DNA from: Ruania alba | GTDB taxonomy: Bacteria > Actinomycetota > Actinomycetes > Actinomycetales > Beutenbergiaceae | Length of the DNA stretch: 64,000 nucleotides | Reading direction: 5' to 3' | Assembly (NCBI RefSeq): GCF_900105765.1 | Contig: NZ_FNTX01000001.1 | Location: 1,086,387-1,150,386, forward strand | Shown here: positions 24,544 through 34,643 of the stretch, piece after piece | How positions within the stretch are numbered: the first letter of the stretch is position 1 | How the letters are laid out: each line of letters starts with the position of its first letter | The notes under the pieces: model-generated | What the model saw: only the letters and a program-made list of their open reading frames with translations | The model's database searches: none | What the model was told of the DNA's origin: nothing | Translations under genes and position numbers: made by a program

Positions 24544-24614
24544 ACGGAATGTAGGGCAAACAGGGTCGACCGGTCAAGGACTGCCGCCGGCAGGTGCACG
24601 CGTATCCTGGGTCG

Positions 24615-25145
24615 ATGAGTTCCGAGCCCAAGCGCCTGGTGCTGCTGCGGCACGCCCAGGCCGAACACGGCGCGCTCCGCGACGTCGACCGGGCGCTCAG
24701 CATCGACGGGCGCGCTCATGCACGTCTGGTGGGGGAGCGGCTACTCGCCTCGACCGGCGTGCCCGACCTGGTGCTGTGCTCGGCCGCCGTGCGCACCCGG
24801 CAGACCTGGCAGCTGGTCGCCGTCGGGATGGAGGGGGCCGCCGACGACGTCGAGGTGCGCCACCTCGACGAGCTCTACGGGGCGGACGTGACGGACATGC
24901 TCGACGTGCTCTGCGCGGCGCCCGAGGCGGCCACCCGCCTGCTGGTGGTCGGCCACGAACCGGTGACCTCCGCCGTCGCGCACCTGCTCGCCGGCCCCGG
25001 GTCCGAGGATGCTGCCACCCACCGGGTGCGCACCGGGATCTCCACCGCGATGGCGGCCCTGCTCACCCACGACGGCTCGTGGAGCAGCCTCGGCCGGCGC
25101 AGCAGCGTGCTCACCGGCCTGGTCAGCGGGCGGGAGAACGGCTGA
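24615..25145 (+). CDS. histidine phosphatase family protein (SixA-like phosphohistidine phosphatase)
   Basis: RLVLLRHAQAEHG phosphatase RHG motif. ORF track alternative GTG start at 24594. Confidence 0.7.
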   Translation: MSSEPKRLVLLRHAQAEHGALRDVDRALSIDGRAHARLVGERLLASTGVPDLVLCSAAVRTRQTWQLVAVGMEGAADDVEVRHLDELYGADVTDMLDVLCAAPEAATRLLVVGHEPVTSAVAHLLAGPGSEDAATHRVRTGISTAMAALLTHDGSWSSLGRRSSVLTGLVSGRENG

Positions 25146-25160
25146 CGGCGACCGGTCGCC

Positions 25161-25805
25161 TCAGAGCCACTCCAGCACGCGGTCCAGTCCGCCCTCGGTG
25201 ATCGCCCGGTCGGCCTGCGCCGCGACCACCGGCTTGGCGTTGAAGGCGACCCCGAGACCGGCCACTGCCAGCATGTCGAGGTCGTTCGCGCCGTCCCCGA
25301 TCGCGACCGTGTCGGCCAGGTCGATGCCCTCCTGATCGGCGAAGTAGCGCAACCACCGCGCCTTCGCGGCCCGGTCGACGATCTCACCCGTCACTCGCCC
25401 GGTCAGCGCGCCGTCGGCCACCTCCAGCCGGTTCGCCCGCACCCGGGTGATGCCGTGCCGCTCCGCCAGCGGGTCGACGATCTCGTGGAAGCCGCCGGAG
25501 ACCAGGGCGAGCGGCCAGTCCCGCTCGTGGGCCGCCGTCACCAGCTCGGCCGCACCGGCGCTGAGCCGCACCTGATCACGCACCTGCTCCAGGGCGCTCA
25601 CAGGTAACCCGGCCAGCGCGCTGACCCGCTCGGTCAGCGACGCGGCGAAATCCAGTTCCCCGGCCATCGCACGTTCGGTGATCGCGGCGACCCGGTCGCC
25701 GGTCCCGGCGCGATCGGCGAGCAGGTCGATCTGCTCACTGGTGATGAACGTGGAGTCCACGTCGACGATGATCAGACGGCGGGTCCGCGGGGCACGCTCA
25801 CTCAT
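25161..25805 (-). CDS. serB: phosphoserine phosphatase SerB (HAD family)
   Basis: IIVDVDSTFI DxDxT motif, SGGF motif. Confidence 0.85.
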   Translation of the reverse strand: MSERAPRTRRLIIVDVDSTFITSEQIDLLADRAGTGDRVAAITERAMAGELDFAASLTERVSALAGLPVSALEQVRDQVRLSAGAAELVTAAHERDWPLALVSGGFHEIVDPLAERHGITRVRANRLEVADGALTGRVTGEIVDRAAKARWLRYFADQEGIDLADTVAIGDGANDLDMLAVAGLGVAFNAKPVVAAQADRAITEGGLDRVLEWL

Positions 25806-25830
25806 GCCGCCCGATCATGCCAGCAGATCG

Positions 25831-27075
25831 TCAGTCGGCCGTGATCCGACCGTTCTTCGGGACGACCGTGATCCCGGTGTCGGTGATGGTGAACCCGCGA
25901 GCCTTGTCCCGCTCGGCATCCACCCCCACGGTGGCGCCGGCCTCGACGGTGACTCCCTTGTCCAGGATCGCCCGGCGTACGGTGGCGTGCCGGTGCACGA
26001 TCACCCCGTCCATCAGCACCGAGTCCTCCACCCGCGACCACGAGTTCAAACGAACGCCGGGGGAGAGTACCGAGCCGGACACCTCACCGCCGGAGACGAC
26101 CACACCGGGGGAGATGATCGAGTCGGTCGCGTGCCCGATCCGGTCCTCCACGGCATGCACGAACTTCGCCGGCGGCAGGCCCGTGTACCCGGTGTGCAGC
26201 GGCCACGAGTCGTTGTACACGTTGAACACCGGCTGCACGGCGATCAGGTCGCGGTTCGCTTCGTAGTAGGCGTCCAGCGTCCCCACGTCGCGCCAGTAGT
26301 CGCGGTCCCGGTCCTTCGACCCGGGCACATCGTTCTCGATGAAGTCATACAGGCCGCACTGCCCCTTGGAGACGAAGTAGGGCACGATGTCGCCGCCCAT
26401 GTCGTGCTTGGAGTCGCTCGAGGCCGCGTCCTTGGTGACGGCGTCCACGAGGGCGTCGGCGTTCATCACGTAGTTGCCCATCGAGGCGAGCACCTCGTCG
26501 GGGGAGTCCGCCAGGCCTGGCGGGTCGGTCGGCTTCTCCAAAAAGGCTGCGATCTTGCGCGGGTCGCTGGGGTCGGCGTCGATCACTCCGAACTGGTCGG
26601 CCAGCGACTTCGGCTGCCGGATCCCGGCCACGGTCATCTCCGCGCCGGAGGCGATGTGCGAGTCGACCATCTGGGAGAAGTCCATCCGATACACGTGGTC
26701 GGCACCGACTACCACCACGATGTCCGGCTTCTCGTCGTCGATGAGGTTCAGGGACTGGTAGATCGCGTCGGCGCTGCCGAGGAACCAGTTCTTGCCCACC
26801 CGCTGCTGCGCCGGCACCGGGGCCACGTAGTTGCCCAGCAGGGCCGACATGCGCCAGGTGATCGCGATGTGCCGGTCCAGCGAGTGCGACTTGTACTGGG
26901 TGAGCACCACGACCTTGAGATAGCCGGAGTTCACCACGTTGGACAGGGCGAAGTCGATCAGGCGATAGATGCCCCCGAAGGGGACGGCCGGTTTCGCACG
27001 GTCCTTGGTCAGCGGCATCAGCCGCTTGCCTTCTCCGCCGGCCAGAACGATTGCGAGAACCCGTGGTGCTGCCAT
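25831..27075 (-). CDS. glgC: glucose-1-phosphate adenylyltransferase GlgC
   Basis: [27 protein letters not shown]-terminus. Confidence 0.95.
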   Translation of the reverse strand: MAAPRVLAIVLAGGEGKRLMPLTKDRAKPAVPFGGIYRLIDFALSNVVNSGYLKVVVLTQYKSHSLDRHIAITWRMSALLGNYVAPVPAQQRVGKNWFLGSADAIYQSLNLIDDEKPDIVVVVGADHVYRMDFSQMVDSHIASGAEMTVAGIRQPKSLADQFGVIDADPSDPRKIAAFLEKPTDPPGLADSPDEVLASMGNYVMNADALVDAVTKDAASSDSKHDMGGDIVPYFVSKGQCGLYDFIENDVPGSKDRDRDYWRDVGTLDAYYEANRDLIAVQPVFNVYNDSWPLHTGYTGLPPAKFVHAVEDRIGHATDSIISPGVVVSGGEVSGSVLSPGVRLNSWSRVEDSVLMDGVIVHRHATVRRAILDKGVTVEAGATVGVDAERDKARGFTITDTGITVVPKNGRITAD

Positions 27076-27169
27076 GCTCAGAACCCTAGAGTCACAAAGC
27101 AGGTCGCACCATCGGTATGGGCACCTGGTCCAAAATTGTTCATCCTCAGCCGCCAGTGAAGGAGCTCAG

Positions 27170-28365
27170 ATGCGTGTCGACATCCTCACCAGGGAGTACC
27201 CCCGCACGTCTACGGAGGTGCCGGGGTGCACGTGGACGAACTCTCCCGGGTGCTGCGTAGTCACGCGGACGTGCGGGTCCGCTGCTTCGACGGCCCCCGC
27301 GACGGCGACGGCGTGACCGGGTACGACGTGCCCGCCGAACTGGACGGGGCGAACGCCGCGCTGGCCACCCTCGGGGTGGACCTGCAGATCGCCAACGACG
27401 TCGCCGGGGCGGACCTGGTGCACTCACACACCTGGTACGCCAACATGGCCGGCCACCTCGGCGGCCTGCTGCACGGCATCCCGCACGTGCTCTCCGCACA
27501 CAGCCTGGAGCCCCTGCGCCCGTGGAAGGCCGAACAGCTCGGCGGCGGGTACGCCCTGTCCAGCTGGGCCGAACGCACGGCCTACGAAGGGGCCGAACGG
27601 GTGATCGCCGTCAGTGCCGGGATGCGCCGGGACATCCTGCGCTCCTACCCCCAGCTCAACCCGGACAAGGTGGTGGTGGTGCACAACGGGATCGACCTGG
27701 ACTCGTGGAAGCGACCGGAGGCCACCGAGGCCGCCGAGATCGCACGCAAGCACGGCGTGGACCCGGACCGGCCCGCGGTCATCTTCGTCGGGCGCATCAC
27801 CCGGCAGAAGGGACTGCCGCACCTGCTCGCCGCGGTACGTGACCTGCCCGAGGAGGTGCAGCTGGTGCTCTGCGCCGGCGCGCCGGACACCAAGGAGCTG
27901 GCCACCGAGGTCAGCGAGGCCGTCGCCGAGCTGCAGCGCACCCGGACGGGTGTGGTCTGGATCGACGAGATGCTGCCGCGGGCTGAGGTGGTCGGCCTGC
28001 TCGCCGCCGCCATGGTCTTCGTGTGCCCGTCGGTGTACGAGCCGCTCGGCATCGTCAACCTCGAGGCGATGGCCGTCGGAGTGCCCGTGGTGGCGTCCGC
28101 GACCGGGGGGATCCCCGAGGTGGTCGCCGACGGGGAGACCGGCCTGCTGGTGCCCCTGGAGCAAAGGGAGGACGGCACCGGCACGCCGGTGCACCCGGAG
28201 ACGTTTGCCGCCGACCTGACCCGTGCCCTGACCGAGGTGGCCACCGACGCCGAGCGGGCACGTCGGATGGGCGAGGCGGGCCGCCGTCGCGCAGAGGACG
28301 AGTTCTCCTGGGCGGCCATCGCCGAGCGCACTCTCGAGGTCTACCGGGCGGTCCTCGATGCCTGA
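27170..28365 (+). CDS. glgA: glycogen synthase GlgA (actinobacterial GlgM-type, GT4); apparent -1 frameshift at C-run 27199-27203
   Basis: ATG 27170 with RBS gaaggag. MRVDILTREYP then the frame breaks. The downstream frame (ORF 27226..28365) matches mycobacterial GlgA end to end. Adding one C gives EYPPHVYGGAGVHVDELSRVL, a near-identical match to the M. tuberculosis N-terminus. Confidence 0.85.
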
Positions 28366-28945
28366 GGACCCCTGGCTGCAGGTCCCCACGCTCGCTGGGG
28401 ACCGGGCCGTGCTGCGCGGCTACCGGGACCAGGATCTGGACGCCCTGGTGGAGATCCTCACCGACCCGGACGTGAACCGGCTCACCGGGAGCGTGCACTC
28501 CACGGCCGAGGCGAACACGGCCACCGCGGACCGCGCCGAGGTGCACCAGTGGTACTCCACCCGCGCCGAGCAGTCCGGGCGGCTGGACCTGATGATCGCC
28601 GAGGCCGCCACCCCCGAGGGTGCCTGCGTCGGGGAAGTGGTGCTGAACGACTGGGACGAGCAGAACTCCTCCTGCAACATCCGCATCCTGATCGGGCCGG
28701 CCGGGCGGGACCGCGGGCTCGGCAGCGAGGCGATGCGGCTGATGGTCGATCACGCATTCACGCACCTGCCGCTGCACCGGATCTCGCTCGGGGTGTTCAC
28801 CTTCAACCCCCGGGCCCAGCGGGTCTACGAGAAGGCCGGCTTCGTGGTGGAGGGCCGGGAGCGCGATGCGCTGCGCTTCGACGACGGCTGGGTGGACCAG
28901 GTGATGATGTCGCTGCTCAGGCCGGAGTGGAAGGCGGCGCGCTGA
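28358..28945 (+). CDS. GNAT family N-acetyltransferase (RimJ/RimL-like)
   Basis: RGLGSEAMRLMVDHAF acetyl-CoA motif. ATG overlaps the glgA stop region. Confidence 0.75.
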   Translation: MPEDPWLQVPTLAGDRAVLRGYRDQDLDALVEILTDPDVNRLTGSVHSTAEANTATADRAEVHQWYSTRAEQSGRLDLMIAEAATPEGACVGEVVLNDWDEQNSSCNIRILIGPAGRDRGLGSEAMRLMVDHAFTHLPLHRISLGVFTFNPRAQRVYEKAGFVVEGRERDALRFDDGWVDQVMMSLLRPEWKAAR

Positions 28946-29792
28946 CCGTGGCTGAGACCATCGCGCGCCGCGCCGCGGCCGCCACGTGCCGCATGGCCGC
29001 GCTGCGCTGATCCACCTGCCAGACGTTCACCGCCGCGCCGTCGTCCTCTGTGGCCAGGTCCACGATGGCGTTCAGCCGTGCGGCCCGCACCAGCAGGTCG
29101 AGCCGGCGCCCGTCCAGTCCGCCGGGAAGGCGCAGGTGCAGCTCGGGTGGCACGGTAGCCGAGGCCAGCATTGCGATGTCCTCGGCCGCCTCGGGTCGCC
29201 ACCGCGCGACGTCCATCCGAGTGAGTGCGTCGATCGCCAGCTCCAGGGCCTCGGTGAGGCTGCGCCGGGCGTCTGCCGGTGAGTCCGGCACTCCCGTGTT
29301 GCCCTCGCACCGGTGCACCGCCCAGGTCACCATCGCACCGGGTTCCAGTGCCGAACCGAAGGTCTGTACGTGCGGGAGGGCCACCACGGTGGTCTCACCA
29401 GGATTCCCGACGGCGACCACCGCCTCTCCCGTCTCGATCGCCTCCTGCGCCACGGGGGCAGGCACACCGACCTCCCCGGGCACCGGCAGCGCAGCGTGTA
29501 CCACCCCGGGATGTGCGGCCAGCCGGTCCAGGACGGTCGGCACGGCTGTGCGCAGCCCCGAGCGGCCGACGCTCAGCGGCACCTCGGCGGTGGGTGCCTC
29601 GATGAGCGTGTGCGGCTCGTCCTCGCCCTGGATGGCCGGCACGGCGGCGGCGGTGAGCTCGTCCGTCCCTGGACCGTGCGGGCCGCCGACAGCACGCAGC
29701 TCAGCCACCCACAGTGCGGTGAGGACGGAGCGGGGGAGATCGATCGGCACACGCCAGAACTTAGGTGAGCACGCGCCAGGTGTCACATCCAC
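28917..29792 (-). CDS. hypothetical protein (Ala-rich, cytoplasmic)
   Basis: ORF only. Protein-like composition. Convergent 29-bp overlap with the GNAT gene. Confidence 0.4.
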   Translation of the reverse strand: MDVTPGACSPKFWRVPIDLPRSVLTALWVAELRAVGGPHGPGTDELTAAAVPAIQGEDEPHTLIEAPTAEVPLSVGRSGLRTAVPTVLDRLAAHPGVVHAALPVPGEVGVPAPVAQEAIETGEAVVAVGNPGETTVVALPHVQTFGSALEPGAMVTWAVHRCEGNTGVPDSPADARRSLTEALELAIDALTRMDVARWRPEAAEDIAMLASATVPPELHLRLPGGLDGRRLDLLVRAARLNAIVDLATEDDGAAVNVWQVDQRSAAMRHVAAAARRAMVSATVSAPPSTPA

Positions 29793-29879
29793 GGCACGGG
29801 TGAATCTCCGCCGTCACCGGGTGCGGTTGCCTCGCCAGGACGTCCCGGAGGATGCTCCCGGGCCGATAGGCTCACCTGC

Positions 29880-30707
29880 ATGGGTGACGTGCTTCAGTTC
29901 GACGACGTGACCGTCCGGCGTGGCCAGAAGTTGATCCTCGACTCGGTGTCGTGGTCGGTCGAAGAGGGTGAACGGTGGGTGGTGCTCGGCCCGAACGGCG
30001 CGGGTAAGACCACGATCATCCAGCTCGCGGCGGCGCGGATGCACCCGACCGGGGGCCGGGTGACCGTGCTCGGCGAGGAGCTCGGTCGCATCGACGTCTT
30101 CGAGCTCCGCCCGCGGGTGGGTCTGGCCAGCGCCTCCCTCGCCGACCGCATCCCGGGCAGTGAGCGCGTGCTCGATGTGGTGCTCACCGCCTCCTACGGC
30201 GTGACCGGACGGTGGCGGGAGTCCTACGAGCAACTCGACGAGGGTCGAGCGCGGGACCTGCTGGGCGTGTTCGGGATGGCCGCCTTCGCCGACCGACTGT
30301 TCGGCACCCTCTCCGAGGGAGAGCGCAAGCGGGTGCAGATCGCTCGCGCGATGATGACCGACCCCGAGCTGCTCATCCTCGACGAGCCGGGCGCCGGCCT
30401 CGATCTGGGTGGCCGGGAGGACCTGGTGGCCGCCCTCGGCGAGCTGGCCGCGGATGTGAGCTCGCCGGTGCTGATCCTGGTCACCCACCACGTGGAGGAG
30501 ATCCCGCCCGGGTTCACCGACGGCCTGCTGCTGCGCGAGGGGAAGACGGTCGCGGCGGGGCAACTGGAGACGGTGATGACCCCGCAGCATCTCTCGGAGA
30601 CCTTTGGGCTGGACCTGGTGGTCGAACGTCACGGTGCCCGCTGGACCGCCCGCGCACTGGCCTCGGAGAGCGGAGCACACACGGCCGGACATCCACCCCG
30701 GTGGTGA
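29880..30707 (+). CDS. ABC transporter ATP-binding protein (orphan NBD)
   Basis: GPNGAGKTT, LSEGERKRVQIARA, LILDEPGAGLD. Confidence 0.85.
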   Translation: MGDVLQFDDVTVRRGQKLILDSVSWSVEEGERWVVLGPNGAGKTTIIQLAAARMHPTGGRVTVLGEELGRIDVFELRPRVGLASASLADRIPGSERVLDVVLTASYGVTGRWRESYEQLDEGRARDLLGVFGMAAFADRLFGTLSEGERKRVQIARAMMTDPELLILDEPGAGLDLGGREDLVAALGELAADVSSPVLILVTHHVEEIPPGFTDGLLLREGKTVAAGQLETVMTPQHLSETFGLDLVVERHGARWTARALASESGAHTAGHPPRW

Positions 30708-30727
30708 GGCGCCGCCGGGGAGTTCTG

Positions 30728-30746
30728 CCCGTCTGGAGACGGGTTT
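30728..30746 (+). terminator. hairpin CCCGTCT-GG-AGACGGG followed by TTT
   Basis: Seen directly, 20 bp after the ABC ATPase stop. Confidence 0.35.
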
Positions 30747-30810
30747 CCACACCCGCGTGAGCAGGCGCGTCCCGTAGACTGATCAATACGACGATGGGGA
30801 GAGGTTCACG

Positions 30811-31296
30811 ATGGATCTGGGCTGGCTGTGGTGGCTGGGCGCCGCGTTGGTGCTGGGCGTCGTGGAGATGCTCACCGTAGACCTGTTGTTCCTCATGCTC
30901 GCCGGTGGCGCGGTCGCCGCCGCATTCGCCGGCCTGCTCGGAGCTCCCCTCTGGCTGGAGATCCTCGTCGCCGCCCTCGTCTCGGTGCTGCTGTTGTTCG
31001 GCGTGCGCCCGTGGGCCTTGGCGAAGCTGAAGTCGACGACACCGGACGCCAAGACGGGTGTGGACGCTCAGATCGGGCGACCGGCCACCGTCGTCGCCGA
31101 TGTGAGCGACCGCGCGGGTCGGGTCAAGCTCTCCGGTGAGGTCTGGACGGCGCGGATCGAACGGACCGGGGTGGTCCTCCCCGCCGGCACCGACGTGGTC
31201 GTCGTGCGTATCGAGGGGGCGACGGCGTACGTCGCCCAGCCGGAGACGCCAGCAGATCCGAGTCAGCCGTACGGCCCTGCCACACAGGGATTCTGA
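30811..31296 (+). CDS. NfeD family membrane protein (partner of SPFH/stomatin)
   Basis: Two N-terminal TM helices plus a C-terminal OB-fold segment VKLSGEVWTARIE...VVVVRIEGATAYV. Confidence 0.8.
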   Translation: MDLGWLWWLGAALVLGVVEMLTVDLLFLMLAGGAVAAAFAGLLGAPLWLEILVAALVSVLLLFGVRPWALAKLKSTTPDAKTGVDAQIGRPATVVADVSDRAGRVKLSGEVWTARIERTGVVLPAGTDVVVVRIEGATAYVAQPETPADPSQPYGPATQGF

Positions 31297-31399
31297 ACGC
31301 TCCAGCGGATCCACCGCATGGCGCCCGACAACACCATCACAGACGAAGCAGGGACCCGGCGTCAGCTCGGGTCCACCACCACCATCGAAGGGGTAACCA

Positions 31400-32602
31400 G
31401 TGGGTGACGCAGGAGCCATCATCGGCTTGATCATCATCGCCCTCGTCGCGTTGTTCGTGATCGTCGCGATCTCGCGTGCGATCCGCATCGTGCCGCAGGC
31501 CGGTGCGCTGATCATCGAGCGGCTCGGCCGCTATCAGTCCACCATGTATGCGGGTCTGCACTTCCTTATCCCGTTCGTCGACCGGATCCGTGCCGGGGTC
31601 GACCTGCGTGAGCGCGTGGTGCCGTTCCGCCCGCAGCCGGTGATCACCTCCGACAACCTCGTGGTGAGCATCGACACCGTCGTCTACTACCAGGTGACGG
31701 ACCCGAAGGCGGCCACCTACGAGATCGCGGACTACATCCAGGCGATCGAGCAGCTCACCGTGACCACGCTGCGTAACATCATCGGTTCGATGGACCTGGA
31801 GCAGACCCTCACCAGCCGTGACCAGATCAACGGTCAGTTGCGTGGTGTGCTCGATGAGGCCACCGGTCGGTGGGGTATCCGCGTGAACCGGGTCGAGCTC
31901 AAGGCGATCGACCCGCCGCCCAGCGTGCAGGGCGCGATGGAGCAGCAGATGCGTGCCGAGCGGGACCGTCGTGCGGCGATCCTGACCGCTGAAGGTGTGA
32001 AGCAGTCCGCGATCCTCACCGCTGAAGGTGAGAAGCAGTCCGCGATCCTGACCGCCGAGGGCCAGGCGCAGGCCGCCATCCTCAAGGCGCAGGGTGAGTC
32101 CCGCGCGATCCTTCAGGTCTTCGACGCGATCCACCGCGGCGACGCCGACCCGAAGCTGCTGGCCTACCAGTACCTGCAGATGCTGCCGGAGATCGCCAAC
32201 GGCACCTCGTCCAAGCTTTGGGTCGTTCCCACCGAGCTCACCGCCGCCCTTGGGTCGATCTCCTCGGCCTTCGGCGACGGCGGGCCCAGCGGTGGCGGCG
32301 GCGTCAGCGGCGGCGGAGCCCCCTCCTCGGGTGGCGGCGGCGAGACTCGCCGCGAGAAGCGCGAGAAGGACCTCGAGCACATCGAGGGGCTTGACGTGGA
32401 ACTGCCGGAGACATCCCTGCAGGACCCTGCGGAGGCCCTTCGCGAGGCCCGCGGCCAGGCGACCGAGGCGACTGCTGAGGCCACTCAGGCTGGCGAGACC
32501 TCCGGACGTCCGTTCGACCCGTCCAGTGCAGCAGGTCAGCGTCCGCCGGAGGGCGAGGAGCCACCGCCCGCCCCGCAGGAACCGTGGCAGCCGCACCAGT
32601 GA
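31400..32602 (+). CDS. SPFH/band-7 (stomatin/slipin) family protein with tandem 11-aa repeats and Gly/Pro-rich tail
   Basis: N-terminal TM, SPFH core, repeats AILTAEG(V/E/Q)KQS x3-4 encoded by 33-bp DNA repeats near 31975-32110. Confidence 0.85.
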   Translation: MGDAGAIIGLIIIALVALFVIVAISRAIRIVPQAGALIIERLGRYQSTMYAGLHFLIPFVDRIRAGVDLRERVVPFRPQPVITSDNLVVSIDTVVYYQVTDPKAATYEIADYIQAIEQLTVTTLRNIIGSMDLEQTLTSRDQINGQLRGVLDEATGRWGIRVNRVELKAIDPPPSVQGAMEQQMRAERDRRAAILTAEGVKQSAILTAEGEKQSAILTAEGQAQAAILKAQGESRAILQVFDAIHRGDADPKLLAYQYLQMLPEIANGTSSKLWVVPTELTAALGSISSAFGDGGPSGGGGVSGGGAPSSGGGGETRREKREKDLEHIEGLDVELPETSLQDPAEALREARGQATEATAEATQAGETSGRPFDPSSAAGQRPPEGEEPPPAPQEPWQPHQ

Positions 32603-32635
32603 CGGGGCAGGAGCCTCGAGGCTGACGCTCTCTCA

Positions 32636-32692
32636 CGCGAATCCCTCGTCGATCTGGTCGGTGACAGCCGCCAGATCGACGGGGGATTCGCG
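32636..32692 (+). terminator. 22-bp-stem inverted repeat (one mismatch) with 13-nt spacer downstream of the SPFH gene
   Basis: cgcgaatccctcgtcgatctgg ... ccagatcgacgggggattcgcg. No U-tract, so an I-shaped terminator typical of high-GC actinobacteria. Confidence 0.4.
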
Positions 32693-32738
32693 TATGCGGC
32701 GTGGAAATTGCTTTCCTGACGCGGTGTAAGTTCGTGGG

Positions 32739-34469
32739 GTGCTCGGTCTTCTTCGCACCTCGCTGACCCCGTATCGCGGTGCTATCACCCTGGTCTGCCT
32801 GCTGCAGCTGGTGCAGACGCTCGCGGCCCTGTATCTGCCGAGCCTGAACGCCGACATCATCTCCCAGGGGGTGGTGCTCGGGGACACCGATCTGATCTGG
32901 CGGATCGGTGGCCTGATGCTGGCCGTCAGCGCCGTGCAGGCCGTGACGAGTGTCGTCGCGGTCTACTTCGGCGCTCGGACGGCCATGTCGCTGGGTCGAG
33001 ATCTGCGCGACGACCTGTTCACCCGCGTGATGCGCTTCTCCACCCAGGAGATGTCCGCGTTCGGGACACCGTCGTTGATCACTCGCTCGACCAACGACGT
33101 GCAGCAGGTCCAGATGTTCGTGTTCATGTCCCTGACGGTGGTGATCATGGCGCCGATCATGCTGATCGGTGGCGTGATCATGGCGGTGCGGGAGGACCCC
33201 GGACTGTCGTTGCTGCTGGTGGCGGTGGTGCCGGTGCTCGGCGTCACGATGGCCTTGGTGGCGATGCGCATGGTGCCCTACTTCCGCTCCATGCAGAAGC
33301 GGATCGACCGGGTGAACGGCATCCTGAGGGAGCAGATCACTGGGATCCGGGTGGTACGCGCTTTCGTGAAGGAAGCCGACGAGGCTCTCCGGTTCGGTAG
33401 CGCCAACGCGACCTTGCGGGACGTGGCCGTGAAGGTCGGGCGCGTGATGGCGTTCGCGATGCCGATGGTCATGCTGATCGTGAACATCGCATCGGTGGCG
33501 GTGATCTGGTTCGGTGGCAGGCGGGTGGACGCGGGCCTGGCCGATATCGGTTCTCTGGTGGCCTTCCTCTCGTACCTGATGTTCATCCTGATGGCCGTGA
33601 TGATGGCCACGATGATGTTCATGTTCGCCCCTCGAGCGGCCGTCTCCTCGGAACGGATCCAGGAGGTGCTCAGCTCGGAGCCGACCGTGCACCCGCCGCA
33701 GCAGGGACAGCGACCCACGCACGTTCGGGGTCTGGTGGAGATGGCGGGTGTGACGTTCCACTACCCGGGCGCCGAGAACGACGTGCTGCACGAGATCGAC
33801 CTGACCGCACGCCCCGGAACCACCACCGCCATCATCGGTTCCACCGGGTCGGGGAAGAGCACGCTGCTGCACCTGGTGCCGCGCCTGTTCGACGTGACCT
33901 CCGGTGCGATCGGGATCGACGGGGTGGACGTGCGCGACCTCGACCCGGCGGTGCTCTCCTCGGTGATCGGACTGGTGCCGCAGAAGCCGTACTTGTTCAC
34001 AGGGACCGTCGCGTCGAACCTGCGGTACGGACGCGCGGACGCCACGGACGACGAGCTCTGGGAGGCGCTGCGGGTCGCGCAGGCGGAGAACTTCGTGCGC
34101 TCCATGGACGGCGGGCTGGACGCAGCGATCGCGCAGGGCGGGACCAACGTCTCCGGTGGGCAGCGGCAGCGGATCGCGATTGCACGTGCCCTGGTGCGCC
34201 GGCCGGCTGTGTACCTGTTCGACGACTCCTTCTCCGCCCTGGACTATGCGACCGACGCGGCGCTGCGCGCTGCCCTGTTCCCGCGCACCCGCCAGGCGAG
34301 TGTGATCGTGGTGGCGCAACGGGTGGCCACGATCCGTGGGGCGGACGAGATCCTGGTGCTCGAGCACGGCCGCGTGGTGGGGCGCGGCACCCATGAGCAG
34401 CTGCTCGCCGAGAATCCGACCTATCAGGAGATCGTGGCGTCCCAGCTCACCGCGGAGGAAGCAGCATGA
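32739..34469 (+). CDS. ABC exporter, fused TMD-NBD half-transporter (first of a pair)
   Basis: 6 TM, GSTGSGKST, VSGGQRQRIAIARAL, LFDDSFSALD. Confidence 0.9.
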   Translation: MLGLLRTSLTPYRGAITLVCLLQLVQTLAALYLPSLNADIISQGVVLGDTDLIWRIGGLMLAVSAVQAVTSVVAVYFGARTAMSLGRDLRDDLFTRVMRFSTQEMSAFGTPSLITRSTNDVQQVQMFVFMSLTVVIMAPIMLIGGVIMAVREDPGLSLLLVAVVPVLGVTMALVAMRMVPYFRSMQKRIDRVNGILREQITGIRVVRAFVKEADEALRFGSANATLRDVAVKVGRVMAFAMPMVMLIVNIASVAVIWFGGRRVDAGLADIGSLVAFLSYLMFILMAVMMATMMFMFAPRAAVSSERIQEVLSSEPTVHPPQQGQRPTHVRGLVEMAGVTFHYPGAENDVLHEIDLTARPGTTTAIIGSTGSGKSTLLHLVPRLFDVTSGAIGIDGVDVRDLDPAVLSSVIGLVPQKPYLFTGTVASNLRYGRADATDDELWEALRVAQAENFVRSMDGGLDAAIAQGGTNVSGGQRQRIAIARALVRRPAVYLFDDSFSALDYATDAALRAALFPRTRQASVIVVAQRVATIRGADEILVLEHGRVVGRGTHEQLLAENPTYQEIVASQLTAEEAA

Positions 34470-34643
34470 GCGCGAGGAGCCCCCGCGTAGGTACGGCGAG
34501 GAACGAGGTGTGCCGGAGTGAGGCACCGCAGTGCTCAGGCAAGGAGAGCACAGCATGAGCGCGAGGAGCCCCCGCGTAGGTACGGCGAGGAACGAGGTGT
34601 GCCGGAGTGAGGCACCGCAGTGCTCAGGCAAGGAGAGCACAGC
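34466..34643 (+). repeat. perfect tandem duplication of an 89-bp unit (34466..34554 and 34555..34643) between the two ABC half-transporter genes; each copy is a 30-codon ORF MSARSPRVGTARNEVCRSEAPQCSGKESTA
   Basis: Seen directly. Units are identical except for the last base (ATG becomes GTG, which is the start codon of gene 2). Junctions: gene1 TGA/ATG, ORFa TGA/ATG, ORFb TGA/GTG of gene 2. All three junctions are 4-nt overlaps. Confidence 0.8.

Noticed and set aside
25678-27159. 493-aa plus-strand ORF opposite glgC
   Set aside because: Antisense artefact with Gly/Val/His-rich sequence.
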